DNA from: Lytechinus pictus | Lineage: Eukaryota | Length of the DNA: 64,000 nucleotides | Direction of reading: 5' to 3' | Assembly (NCBI RefSeq): GCF_037042905.1 | Contig: NC_087245.1 | Location: 39,928,001-39,992,000 of the forward strand | Shown here: piece after piece, positions 44,326 through 57,710 of the stretch | Layout: the number at the start of each line of letters is the position of its first letter | Position numbering within the stretch: the first letter of the stretch is position 1 | Translations under genes and position numbers: made by a program | Notes under the pieces: generated by a model | Told to the model about the DNA's origin: nothing | The model's input: the letters and a program-made list of their open reading frames with translations, nothing else | The model's database searches: none

Positions 44326-47300
44326 TCACTGCATAATGAGTGATTTCGGGGGATTTCATGCAACGGTCTAGAGTGGGCCATAATGTGCCTGCACGTCTAT
44401 GATCATGTACTGTGTTATATAGAAGCGTTGGTGTATATAGCTACTACGACCCGTTGAACCTGACTGGGATCAATATTCGTCAATTACGCCGTCTAGCACG
44501 TTTTGAGAACAATGGACGAAGGTGTGAAAATCACAAAGCAGCCAACAATAGGAAGAATCCGTTTCAATTGAAGTTATGCTCAGATCTCTTGCGTAGCGGT
44601 TTGAATGTGAATTAACCCTGAATGGTCTTTATGATAAAAAAACATTAATTACGCATATTTTATCTTCAAGACAGTTATGAGAAAAAAAGGATAAATCAAT
44701 GAAAAAATTAATGTATGTGTTTTACTTTTTACAAACGTGTATCAATCGAACATCTTATTTGCTGTATTGATGAAGAGTGCCAAGGTCGATGACATGATTT
44801 ATTGATAATACGCCATCTGAGTTCTCAAATAATGGTACAAGATTTTAGAAAAAGAAGTTTTGAGTGTCGTCTCGTTTATATCAAATCTCAGCAAAATTAA
44901 AAAAGTTTCTGAAATGTCATTACTTTGAAAGTATGCACTTCATTAAACTTGCACATCAGGATGGTCTCCCTTAAAAGGAAAACATTTTGCCCTATCAGGG
45001 TGCAACTCCCCTTGTAAGGAGACAAAGGAGCTGCACCCCTTCCCCATTGTCAGCAGAAATGAAGAAAGTGATTACTCAGAGAAGAAGTCGGAGATGGAGG
45101 GGAGAAAGAGCAAGAGGAAGGTAAGGATCTGTTAAAGAATATCTTAAAAAAAATGAAAGAAACATCAACAGAACGGGGGGGGGGGGGGCGGCGGAAGGAG
45201 AGGTTGGCCAAATAACCAATTATAAAAACATTTAGGTCACTGTATCAAAAGCAAGTTAAAAAAAAAAAAGGCCTACATGCGATGCAAGTGACTACAGTAA
45301 AAGTATAATTTTGTTTAAATGAAATGATATGTTTGTACTCTGCCTATTATCTCTTTTTTCCCCTCTTTATTTTCCTGATCACTTCAATCTTTCGTAATTA
45401 TGATTTATCATTAAATTTATTGTGAACACTTTGATGTAAAGGATTGGTATGTGATAATTTATTAATAATACATAAATAAATAAAAAATATATAGTATAGA
45501 CAAATTTGTTAATTAAAGTTCAAAACCAATACCCACTCAGGGTCATTTCGGCTAAAAGGTACCCATTATTAGGGATTTATTAAAATTTGAACCCCCCCCC
45601 CCAAAAAAAAAAAAATGGAGAATATGGACCCATGTTTAAGGCCAGTATCTAAAAATTAGGGCCATGTTTAGGGAATTTCCAGCATAAAACCAAACCCCTT
45701 GTTTAGGGATTTCTTCAACAACAAAAAAGCGACCCATTCCATCGGCACATCCCCGTATGCCTTATTTCGTGAGAACACCCCCCCCCCCCCGGGCTCTGAA
45801 GGTATTCACAATTTTCTGAACGCTAATATATTTGACTTAATTGCTCGTAATTAATTTCCTCGTAATTTTTATATTATGGCTCGACTGCATTGATTTTTTA
45901 TTTGCATTTTGCAGATACCATATTAAGACTCGTGTCTATAGCTATTAAAATTAGATCCAACTACTGTCTTGGACTTGGAGAGAAGCGACTATCACATAAA
46001 GGGCCGCAATCGGTCATGCATTGAAGTTGTATTTATACCGGTATTAGAAATATGTATTTGTTTGTGATTTTGGTATATTTCTTCTAGGGCTGGCTTCAAA
46101 TTGTAAATTTTGTGCGTGCCGTGGAATTGTTTAACACAACTTCCAAGTCCGGACGGCTGCACACGCGTTGAGCCCGTTGACTGTAATGTACCGCCTACCG
46201 GTACCGGTAGATCCACCGTCGTCTCGATGGAGTGAAAGGGTGTAGTCACTTGTATAACTACAAAGTACAAGAACAGGTTCTACTTTTGCCTGAGGGCCTG
46301 ATCTGTGGCAGAGCCTTTCTATTTCTAGGCTCAGGTTGTGGAGTAGGGATTTTCGTTTATTTCGTTCTCTGCTTATTTTATTGTTATTCTTTTACGGGCA
46401 TTTGAACTAATACTTTCTGGTACTAATACTAATGCCTGGCCAGGATTAAACTAAATCGCGGAATTTTCTGTTTATGGGAGGGGGGGGGGGTGGGGTCGAG
46501 TACAAAGTCGGACATCAAATTCTTAGCAAATGTGTGGATGCATACGTTATACCGGATGTGGTTTATAAAGATGTAGGCCTATAGGTCAATCGATATCTAT
46601 TGTTAGGTTAAGAGTAAGGATCAGGACATCACGTAAGGGTGTACGTGCTAGCTCGGAAGGACAGGTGTGGAAAAGTAGATCAGCCAATTACCTAATTGTG
46701 AAAACAAATCCTCTTCTTTTTAACCTTCTTTCAAGCCTAAAATTCAATTTTTCTTTAACATTTTGAAAAATGTAGTCCTACTATCACTCCTACCAAAAAC
46801 CATCATTCTTACAAGTTTCAAAAATCACGTTTCTTGGAGAAAATCCATGCAGCGTGTTTCCTTCCCCTTAAAATCCCACACTTAGGCAACTTTTAAGAAG
46901 TCACCATGTAATCAAAATAATGTTTGCCTCACTGTAATGGAAACCTTACGATAAATAGACATAAGGAGAAAATTTTGTCCATTGACAACGTATGCCATTA
47001 TGTTACCTGGTTATTGTTCATTCGTTCACTGTTTGAGGTTCATGGGTGGAATCCCGAACCAACTGGAGAGTTGCAGCTCTGTAATTACCGATAGCTTGAA
47101 GTAGAAGTTCGCCTTGGTGAGAAACACGCGGTGAAACTGTTCAGTATAGGACTTACCTTTAATTTTCAAATGGAATCTAAAAAAAAAAAAAAAATGCCCC
47201 CTCCCCACTGCCATGTCATCACCATCGCCATAATCATCATTGACATATAATTATTGTAATCATCAAACTTTTAGGATTATTATCATAATTATTCTCGGCA

Positions 47301-48044
47301 CCTTCATCACTATCATTATCACCGTCAACATCATAAAACATTAATTAATCATCACCGAGGGGGCCGAAGCAGGGGATATATCCTATGTTCTTAGGGTGCA
47401 TCAATATTTGTCCCCCACCGCAAAATATTATCTTCTGATCCGCCGCCCATGATCATCACTATTATTGCTATTCTCGGGATTATTTCATAATTCTAATGAT
47501 CAATTATTAAAAACATTATTACCATCATCATAATCTCAACATTATAATTATCATCATCACCATTCTTGTCATTGCCATCATCATTAGGATTACAATCACA
47601 ATCATCACCATCATGATCACCGTCATTACCTTTCTTTTCGATATCATCATCACGATCATAATACCCATCACTGTCATCACGATCATAATAACCATCACTG
47701 TCATCACGTAAGTTACTCAGAAAACTGATTTAAAGACTGCCTAATTCGACGAATTATTCACTCAATTATTGTTTCAAACGTAAGCTTAAGTTATACCTCT
47801 TAGAGAGGTACAATGCTGCATCGTACCGATGAGCTGCAAATAATAATTGTAATTGTGTTTTTCTATTCTTTCTTTCAGTATACTCTCTATTAATGAATGA
47901 ACACAAAATTATCATAACGGGGATCATAGTAGGTGGAGAAATAGGAAGAAAAGAGAGAATTATAGGGAGGTAAATTATGTGATATTCCCTCAAAACAATT
48001 ATCATGCTTGAAACAAAATCACTAAATCTATTTTTAACACTTAA

Positions 48045-48627
48045 AGGAGAATGAAACCCTTGAAACTAGCTGAATCCATATCAAAGAGAAAAATCAAAGA
48101 AACATATTGTTGAAAGTTTGAGGAAGATTGAATGAATAATAAGAAAGTTATGAGCATTTGAATATTGAGATCACTAGTGCAATGTAGATCCTCCCATCGG
48201 CAATGCGACCAAGATCTGTGATATCACACACGTACAACTCCCTCATTACTTTAGTACTTATTTCACTTATATTCTCACTTTTATAGAGTCTATCACAAGG
48301 TTAGGTGTTTTCTTTATGAGATGACAAGTACAGAGGTTTCACAACATTATATCATTGATGAATCGTTTGTCATATGATTAGAATGAGCAAAAAGAGATGT
48401 TTTGGGGTATATTTTCAGTGTCCGAATGGGAGAGTTGTACGTGTGTGACATCACAGATCTTGGTCGCATTGCCAATGGGAGGATCTCCATAGCATTAGTG
48501 ATCTCGACATTCAAATGCTCATAACTCTTTTATTGCTAGTCCTATTTTACTCAAAGTTTTGTTGATCTTATTCTTTGATTTTTCTGCTTTCACAAAAGCT
48601 AACTTGCTCCAAGAGTTTCATTCTCCT
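48045..48627. mobile_element. Kolobok-like palindromic MITE
   Basis: TTAA|AGGAGAATGAAAC ... GTTTCATTCTCCT|TTAA with long inverted arms. Confidence 0.85.
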
Positions 48628-51600
48628 TTAAGAAGAGGTCCATATTTTGGTAATTCTTAGCTTACATTCGTGTAATTGCACGCAAGTTAAATCAATCCAT
48701 TATAGGGCTCGGGTCTCATTTGAAAAAAAAAAACCGGTATAGTGGTAGAATTAATGATAAAATCGATGATTATGATAATAATGATAATAGAAATAATAGT
48801 AGTAGTAGTAATAATAATGATGCAAAAAGCTATGTGACTCTAAATACGGGCCTTGAGATTTGGCTCAGCCAGCAAAGAGTCAACATCAGGCAGATACTCG
48901 GACCCTAGCTAGAGCTGGAGAAGGAAGAAAGAACAAAATGGATAATTATTGGTTGGGTCTGAGCATGTAATAGGTCCATGGTCTGAGGGACGATTGTGAG
49001 TAATTTATTTCAACGTTAACAATTTAAGTACTTTGCTTGGGACAGCTGCGCTGGCATACAAACTCGTAGTCAGCGTCTATCAACCCATTTCATTTCGCAC
49101 GCGCGTACGGCGGAGAACTGAAGCCAGGAACCAAGATTGTTTGCTGGCCTGGCCAGCGTCAGGCATGTGATGCGTGGCCGAGTAGATTCTAGATTCTTAT
49201 TCTAAAGCAGAGCGATTCCACTGATCGCTACATGTGAGTTGTTTTCCAAGCCAATCAGTTATCGAAACTGTAATTGAAAGAAATAATCTATGCCCATAAT
49301 CTTTGCGAATGATATAGAAAAGGTTCGCTGATTGGAGTCCTATCGCGATAATTATCGCAGCTAGAGACAGTAGTTCGCGGCCGTGGCCGTGCGCCGAATC
49401 ACCGGCAAGAACACGGCGATATCTGCCACAGACTGGCCTGACGTTCACGCGCGTGAATATTGCGATAGTCAGACCCACATCGATTAGCGCGTTTCACGTG
49501 CGTTATCTGTCAACTTTATTTCGAGCGATACTGTAAGTCACTGTTTTTTCCCCTTTTAAGTTTATTCTTTCCCGTTTTGGTGCATTTCAGGTCAAAATGT
49601 AATAATGTATATTTTGGTACAGTTCTTTTTATATATTTTTATGAAATAAAGACAAAAATCGATGAGCCCCGTTGGGGGGGGGGGGATTTTGCATTGTTAA
49701 CCCCCTAATGGTGGCTGCACGATAGCGAGCTGTCTGTGTACGAGGAGAAATAAAAAATAAATCAAATGTTAAAAAACTCCTCGAAACAGACGGCTGCCAG
49801 CTGTCTAGTGACGATGAAGACTAAATATTTTTCAGATACTATCAATATCAAAGTAAACATGTCAAACGATGTCGCGGACTTGGAAGTTGGAAGACAAAAT
49901 TGCCTTCGTGAAATGAAGTGCTGATTTTTCGCCAATCTTCCTAAAGAATCCTATCTTGGAAGAACGGTCCTAGGGCTAGTGAGTTCCGGCATAATCGTGA
50001 TATAGTCCCCAAATCCAGAAGTGGGGATTATTAGAATCACACCTACCAGAACGCATGAAAATCACTTCCTTTCTCCAGAACACAGTCTCCAACTCTCGCA
50101 CAACTCTGTGGCAAAATGATAACACACACAAATGAAACACATTGTATATAAACACTAGGGTTCTCTCCCTATTATATACTCGTGATACAGTCCCCACTCA
50201 ACGGGAAATCAAGCTTGATTTTCACGGCGGTGGGGACAGTTTCAACAGTATAGTATACTCGTGATCCAGTCCCCACGCTATGGGATACACGGTTCACTTT
50301 GCACGCAGTGGGGACAGTTTCAACAGTATAGTATACTCGTGATCCAGTCCCCATGCTATGGGATACACAGTTCGTTTGGCACGCAGTGGGGATAGCTCCA
50401 ACAGTATATTATACTTGTGATACCGTCCCCTCACAACATAAAATCGTACTCGTTCAACAAGGGGATGGGGACAGTTTCCCGATGCAATGTGACAAGGAAA
50501 AAAACACCTTTGGGTATGGTTGCGGAAGCTGGGGGGGGGGGGAGTTTCCCAATGCAATGTGACAAGGAAAAAGCACCTTTGGATATTACAGGGGCCGCGA
50601 AGGGGGGGGGGGACTTTAGCCCCCACCTTTTTCCAAAACATAAACGTAAAAATGTGACCATAGGATTATGATTTTTTTTTGCATGGTCAGCCCCCCCCCC
50701 CCCATTTTGAAAACCGTTCCGCGGCCCCTGTATTATTGCCATCATCATCATCATTATTGGTAATATTATATTATCATTATTATTATTATTATTGTTGTTA
50801 TTATTATTATCAAAATAATGATATCATTAGTATAGATATTCTTTATCATTGAAAATATGCCCCTTCCATCCATTCCGTTTCTTGTATTTCACGTAATTCC
50901 TTCAAATAAAATCGCTGTAGACTCATAACGTTTGGTATTATTGTCATAATTATGATCATCATTATTATTGTTCTTTTTTTCTTACTGTCATTTATTTTTA
51001 CTTATTATTATGATAATTTCGCTTTACTATTATTATTCTTTTATTATTTCCTATAACAATGATTATTCTTATTTTTTATTATTATTACCATTGTTATTAT
51101 TATTAACCTTATTATCATAATCATAATTATCACTATTATAAATATTGTTATTCTTTATTATAAAATTACCTCATCATCATTATTGTTGCACCTTTTCATT
51201 TCCGTCACATATTTGTATTGATTCCTTTATTGTTTTGTGGTTGACTATTTTCGTGTCATTCTTAATTCATTCATTCTTGCACCCACCCCCACTCCGAGTT
51301 TGCTGTTGGAGCCCTTGTGCTTTCCCCCCGCATTGTTGTAATTTCTTCCTTTTTCTCCTTCTTTCTTTCTCCTCTATTTATTTCCTTCTTCATTCTTTTT
51401 TGTACTTTCATTTTCTTTCTTTTCTTATTTAAAGCAGGCCGAGCGGCGGAGCGAAGTTGAACAGGGGGGGGGGGGGGGGCACAGTAAAAAGTGGGCACCT
51501 TTTCTTTCGGAATGGGCACCATCTTAAACATGGCCGTATAAATTTCGCTGGGGGTAGCATGCGTAAACTTTTGGGGAAAAAAACTAAAACGCGAGGGAGC

Positions 51601-51947
51601 AAAGCAACCAAGCTTATCATATTCAAAAAGTGGGGGTGCCCCCGGCCCCCAGGATAGCCACCCCTGCTTTAAAATTTGAATCAACGTCTCTTCTGTACAC
51701 TTTCCTAAACAATGATAATAGTTATGGTAATAATAATACTGACAAGAATTATAATGATATATGATGATATTATAGTAATAATTATATTGACAATAATAAT
51801 AACAATAATCATATGATGACAATATTGACAATATAACAATAATGATAATAATTATGATTATGATATAGAAATAATAATAGTAACGATAATATAATGATGA
51901 TGACAATAATAAAAATGATGTTGATGGTAATATACAGGGGTTGCAGA

Positions 51948-54900
51948 CAACGTTCTCGCCAGGTTCACTCTGACGCTTGGCGGCGCGAAGCGACGCAAGC
52001 CGCGCAGCGGCCTCGGTGCGTGCAAAGCACGCACGGGGGGAGGGTTCGGGAGGGGGGTGTCCCCCCTCCCGCGCAAAGCGCGGTAGCTATCGAAAATATC
52101 AATATCGACGAGCTTAGATTGCTGCTAAATGCACCACATTTTATGTCTATTTAATGCTTCTCCGGCCACACAGCCGTAACGGCTGCGCGAATTGCGATTA
52201 AAGCAGAAAGGCAATTACTGATAACTTAAAAATTGAAGTCAATCTCATTTTATACTTACAGTTTATAGACTATTTACATCGATTAATTAACTCCATACTT
52301 TCCAATGTTCAGATCGATATCGCTACATCCTTAGAAAGTGCGATTAATTTTGTGAATGCGTTTTGTTTCTTATGTCAATGACCGACTGCATCTACGGACC
52401 GCATGCGTAGCCCTTTGAGCTTGCGCTGCGTCACGCCCTTACTAAATCCAAAGATTGTTCCGACTTTATACCTCGGTCACATTTGTTCTACGGCGGCCGT
52501 ACGGCGAGTCGAAAACAGCCGTTTTAACATTTTTTGTACCAGCTGAATATAGGTGCATGTTACCGTGGTTTGACTAAAAATGAATAAAACGGCTGTTTTC
52601 GACTCGCCGTAGAGCAAATGTGACCGAGGTATATTATTTGGAAATCCGAGGCTTCCAAATAATGGGCATCGGTATTCATGAGACGGGTTCCCCAACTTAT
52701 ATAATTTGCATGGTTTTTTGTTTGGTTTATTCGATACTCACTGAAACTATAACTGTCATAAGACTTCTGTTGATGATGTTTATACTAATAATTTCCAATC
52801 GAGATTCTTTTATCACAGTCAATTATTGCTGTGTTCCTTTGTATTGTTCGTTACTCACCTATAAAATAATGAATGTGCTGTGCTCATCACGAGCGTGAGA
52901 AATATTTTTAGTCATTCATTATACTCTAATATTACGAATTTGTTTTTCTTAACTGCGATTTAAAATGTTTTGAAAGTATAGGTTAATTGACAGGAAATAA
53001 GATTTCTATTTTTACATAATACATTATGTAGGCCTACAAATACAGCGCGTGTGAAAGAGAGGAAGAGGGGTGGGTTGTAGGATGGTCGAAGGGAGAGAGC
53101 GATAGGGGAGGGGTCGTGGTGTGGACAATGACAAGGGGATGTTGAGATCGTGTGTGTGGGATTGGTGAAGAAGTCAATATTCGAAGCGAATACATTTTTA
53201 TAGACGTGTCTATACTTCTACCGATGATGACGGCCGAATAATCTTTCTTACATGTATATTTTGGTGAATTTAAAAAATATTTTCTTGCACCATGAGTGGG
53301 ATGATCGAGGTACGTGATTCAATAAATTGCATCACAATATCACCATAGGTTTAGTTTGAAAATCACGAACAGTTTATTAAAAATGAATAAAAGAGAAAGA
53401 TCTAGCTTCTTAATTTTATAGCCCCCATCCAGCGTAAACACCATGAAGAGTTTTTGAGGTCACGAAATCAGCTGATTCGCACTCAAACAACAGGTTAACA
53501 GGTCACACACGTGGGACACATTCCAAGGGCGGGAATTCGGGGAAACCCGTTTTCAAGCACAATGATTGGCTCAACCCAGAAAGTGAATACTAATTAGATC
53601 ACGTGCCATCGGCTTTGGGGCGTCTCGTTCACATTCCAACTCATTTCATAAATATCATCCACTCGCAGTATAATTAGGCTAACGACGTTGCCAAGATATA
53701 ACTCATATATTAAAAGCACAATTCCGATATAAAACATAAAGACATAAGTGAACTTGAAAAATTCATCCAACGATATTAAAATTATACTAGCAACTCATTG
53801 TGGGCGTGAAAAAACGATATACATATCCGATATCCTCTAAAACGTTCACACATATCAACTTCAATAATTCGTACTTGAAACGAATATCTGTGAATGAATT
53901 GCCAATTCCACTTTGTTGAATGTGTACTTCTATCGAAATCTATTGAATCACGTACTCTCCCGACCCAAGGTGGATTTTCCAATCGCCCACAATCACAGTA
54001 GACACATCCATAAATGAATATTAATTTCATTCGCTACGAACTTAATCCCCTCCCCACAAAGTCACAAACATCCCATCATTTTCATCTACATTGCCCACGG
54101 CCACCCCCCATTCTCTTTTTTTCCTTTACACAAATTAATTTCAAATGATATTTTGTTTTAAATCGTAGTTAAGCAATTGTACAACAAATTCATAAAGCAT
54201 TCACTGTGATGACTAAAAACATTTCTCAGGCCCGCGACAGGTGCGCTCATTATTTAATTGGCAGGCAAAGAGTAATAAAGAACAATACAAATGAAAATAC
54301 ACTGTACGTATAACTCACATAAAAAAAATGAGTCGTAATGATAAAAAATGTGAATAATATTAATAAAGATTATTAATTATGAAAATTATAACAGATTCAA
54401 TGAATATATGAAAAAAATCAAATTAAATTAGTTTTGGATCCCATCTAATCTTGGAAGACTATCGGATACCCGGATCAAGGATTTTGATGCCATGTGCGAT
54501 TTGTATTATGAATGTGACCGTTGCGAGTGCAAGTGCAGTGGCACAGAACTTGGTAGACACGCCGTCGCGAAATTAATCAACAGTTTCAAAAGATCGACGT
54601 AGAGATCAAGACTTTGGAAATAATGGAATAAAATCGGAATTTAAATGTGAATAAATCATTTTGATGTAAGTAAATGAGTTGGACATTATATCAATCCATT
54701 CCATTGGCTTTGTCATTATTAACGTGATCTTTGAATAGTTTTTCTCAATTCGCTCTACGGCAGTGTCATCAGAAATGCATTCAATGAATTCATGTAGATG
54801 TAGCTATAAAGGCTGGGGCCTGGGACGAGATGAAACTATATTTCGATCGAATTTTGATAGTAATTTTGACACACTTTATTTTTGACAAAATAAGTGACAA

Positions 54901-55358
54901 TATCAACTGAAATTCGTATTAATCTAAATTACATTGCCAAAGCCAGTAACCCACGATACCCCTCTCCCCTCACTTGTTTTTGAGCGTATTTACTACCATT
55001 TTAAAGACGTAAATAATGTGAGCAATGCGATACGCAAATGCGAGGTAAACATCTTCGCGCTTCCCACAAAAGAGATTGGGCCTCGAGTCGAGGTCGTATC
55101 GTATATAGCGCACTAGTAGTGAGTGAGTCAAAGAAATCCGGGGAAGAAATCGTGGACGAAATAATCGACAAGTTTATTTTAGGATCTGAAAAGCAGATTA
55201 TTTATTTTTATATATTATTCAGTTTTTGTATAGATCTAGGCCTGCTTTACAGTTGTCGGCCACGGTTGTCGGGGAAGTTCAGGGTTGGCGGATTTGCCCT
55301 GAAAATTTTCAGGCTTGGCGGCGCCCGCCAACCGTGACGCGTGGTAGCGAGAACGTTG
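51948..55358. mobile_element. 3.4-kb hAT-like non-autonomous element nested in the MULE
   Basis: TIR CAACGTTCTCGC / GCGAGAACGTTG; 8-bp TSD GTTGCAGA (51940-51947 and 55359-55366). Confidence 0.85.
52469..52631. mobile_element. TACCTCGGTCAC MITE, complete copy
   Basis: Palindromic, 163 bp. Confidence 0.8.
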
Positions 55359-55849
55359 GTTGCAGAACGATTTTTAAAAATAAAATTGTGATATAATTAA
55401 GTTCAAAGTCTTTTTTCCAGACCCACTTTTACAAATCATTTCTTAAAGAGTAAAAAAGTAACAAAGATCCCCAATCTCTTATTATTGTTAAATAACATGG
55501 AAATATAGCGTAGTCTTTCCTCCAGACCCAGTTATAAAAATCGTTAAAAACACAACAAAACAAAAACCCTGAAATCTTATCAACATTGAATAGCACGGAA
55601 ATATGGTGTAGTCTTTTCTCCAGTTATTTCAAAATAGGAAATCATGAGTAACAATAAAAACAAACAATATTAATTAACCAAGGCCCCCTAATATTATTGA
55701 TGTAGAATAACGTTGTTGTTGTTGTTGTATTATTATTTATAATTTTGGAATAACAGGGTTTGGAGAAAAGACTAAATTCGATTTTTAATTTTTATTCCAC
55801 TGGAATATCATTATGGTATCTTAGTTTGGACTTATATGATAATTTTTGA

Positions 55850-56040
55850 AACAACCGGGTCTGGAAAAAAAGACTTTGAACTTATATTATAATTTTTTAA
55901 ACAACCGGGTCTGGAAAAAAAGACTTTGAACTTATATTAAAATTTTTGAAACAACCGGGTCTGGAAAAAAAGACTTTGGACTTATATTATAATTTTTAAT
56001 TAACCGGGTCTGGAAAAAAAGACTTTGAACTTATATTACA
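55850..56040. repeat. Minisatellite of about 49 bp (4 copies)
   Basis: ACCGGGTCTGGAAAAAAAGACTTTGAACTTATATTATAATTTTT repeats. Confidence 0.85.
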
Positions 56041-56733
56041 ATTTATACTTTGCACTTTTATGCTATATGAAGGCATTTCTATAGGATTTTAGTTCAGAAT
56101 GATTCACAATGTTTTGGAAAAAGGTAGGGGCTGAAGCGGGGCTGAAGTCCCCCCCCCCCCCCCCCCTCCCTCAACTTCCGCAGCCATACCCTAAAATGTT
56201 TTATCCTTGTCACAATGCATCGGGAAACTGTCCCCATCCCCTTGTTGAACGAGCACGATTTTATGTTGTGAGGGGACGGTATCACGAGTATAATATACTG
56301 TTGGAGCTATCCCCACTGCGTGCCAAACGAACTGTGTATCCGATAGCGTGGGGACTGGATCACGAGTATATTATACTGTTGAAACTGTCCCCACCGCCGT
56401 GAAAATCAAGCTTGATTTCCCGTTGAGTGGGGACTGTATCACGAGTATATAATAGGCAATAGGGAGAGAACCCTAGTGTTTATATACAATGTGTTTCATT
56501 TGTGTGTGTTATCATTTTGCCACAGAGTTGTGCGAGAGTTGGAGACTGTGTTCTGGAGAAAGGAAGTGATTTTCATGCGTTCTGGTCGGTGTGATTCTAA
56601 TAATCCCCACTTTTGGATTTGGGGACTATATCACGATTATACCGTGAGTTCCTACGCACAGTGCTACGTATCGCTCATCTCGTCATGCAACAGGCCCCAG
56701 GCTAAGAGTCCACCGGCCACCTGCACTTCCACC

Positions 56734-57293
56734 TAGCCAGGCGGCTTCTAGAGAGTAAAAATCATTTACTAACGTAAGGTCACTCTCATGAAGCCAGGCC
56801 TTCTATCCCATAGACCCACACAATGGAAGCCAAAACCTGAAACTTTCACCCCCGAGATTTCTACTTTCTTTCTAAAAGATCTAGCCCTAAATCATGTACA
56901 TGGGATAAAACTTAATTTCCGACATTTCTACCCTCTCGTTGTTATTTTTGCACGCGTCTGTAACGTTGGGGAAGAACAATAGAAAACAAGATGGCGGCGT
57001 AAACATCGGGCGAGTCTCTTCCGTCTTTACACAATATTTCTCTCATTTTTTGGATGAATTCTTGTTCAAAAATAACAACGAGAGCGTAGAAATGTCGGAA
57101 ATGAAGTTTTATCCCATAACCTACATAGTACATGATTCAGGGCTAGATCTTTTAGAAAGAAAGTAGAAATTTCGGGGGCGAAAGTTTCAGGTTTTTTGGT
57201 GGTACACGCAAAAGTATATGACGGAAGCCCTGGCTTCATGAGAGTGACCTTACGTTAGTAAATGATTTTTACTCTCTAGAAGCCGCCTGGCTA
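56734..57293. mobile_element. hAT-like palindromic MITE, 560 bp
   Basis: TAGCCAGGCGGCTTCTAGAGAG arms; 8-bp TSD CTTCCACC (56726-56733 and 57294-57301). Confidence 0.9.
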
Positions 57294-57511
57294 CTTCCAC
57301 CGCTGCGCCTCGCCTCGATCCTCGGCCCTGGGTTAGTCGCAGAGCCTGAGCTGAGCACGACACATGCACACGATCATTCATCTCATCAATTCACATTCCA
57401 CACACAACCACCACCAGACACGATTCCCGGGCCGACGAACCAACAACGTTTACACACCTTGTTTTAACGCAAACATGACGAAATTAAGAAAATCGTGTTT
57501 TATTTTCTTAC

Positions 57512-57710
57512 CTCAAATCAGCAGAACTTCTGTGCAAATAAGTTTCAACGTCGTCAAAAGCTATTTAAGCTCCAATTCTGAATTAACAAGAATTTTAATG
57601 TCCTCTTCATGTTCACTTCCCTGCCATGTTTTTACCTGAAGTGCTAGAGTAATTTCGGAAGAAGAAAAATACAAGCACGTCCACCACGTGCGCGCGCGAA
57701 GCACTGCGGT
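57512..57710 (-). promoter_or_regulatory. Probable promoter and non-coding first exon of the DIDO1-like gene
   Basis: Strong donor GAG|gtaaga at 57510-57511; CACGTG E-box fused to a GCGCGCGCG run at about 57685-57698; CpG-rich sequence downstream in the intron. Confidence 0.5.

Larger units (their letters stand above)
42255..49533. mobile_element. 7.3-kb non-autonomous Tc1/mariner-like DNA transposon
   Basis: Perfect 26-bp TIR CAGTATCGCTCGAAATAAAGTTGACA (42255-42280 and 49508-49533) flanked by TA; no transposase ORF seen. Confidence 0.8.
49988..56643. mobile_element. 6.7-kb MULE/Foldback-like non-autonomous transposon
   Basis: 9-bp TSD GTGAGTTCC (49979-49987 and 56644-56652); GG..CC ends; TIRs over 500 bp containing tandem sub-repeats of about 60 bp. 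Confidence 0.88.

Noticed and set aside
51271-51906. 211-aa Tyr/Ile-rich ORF
   Set aside because: Made from (TAT)n low-complexity sequence and repeat fragments
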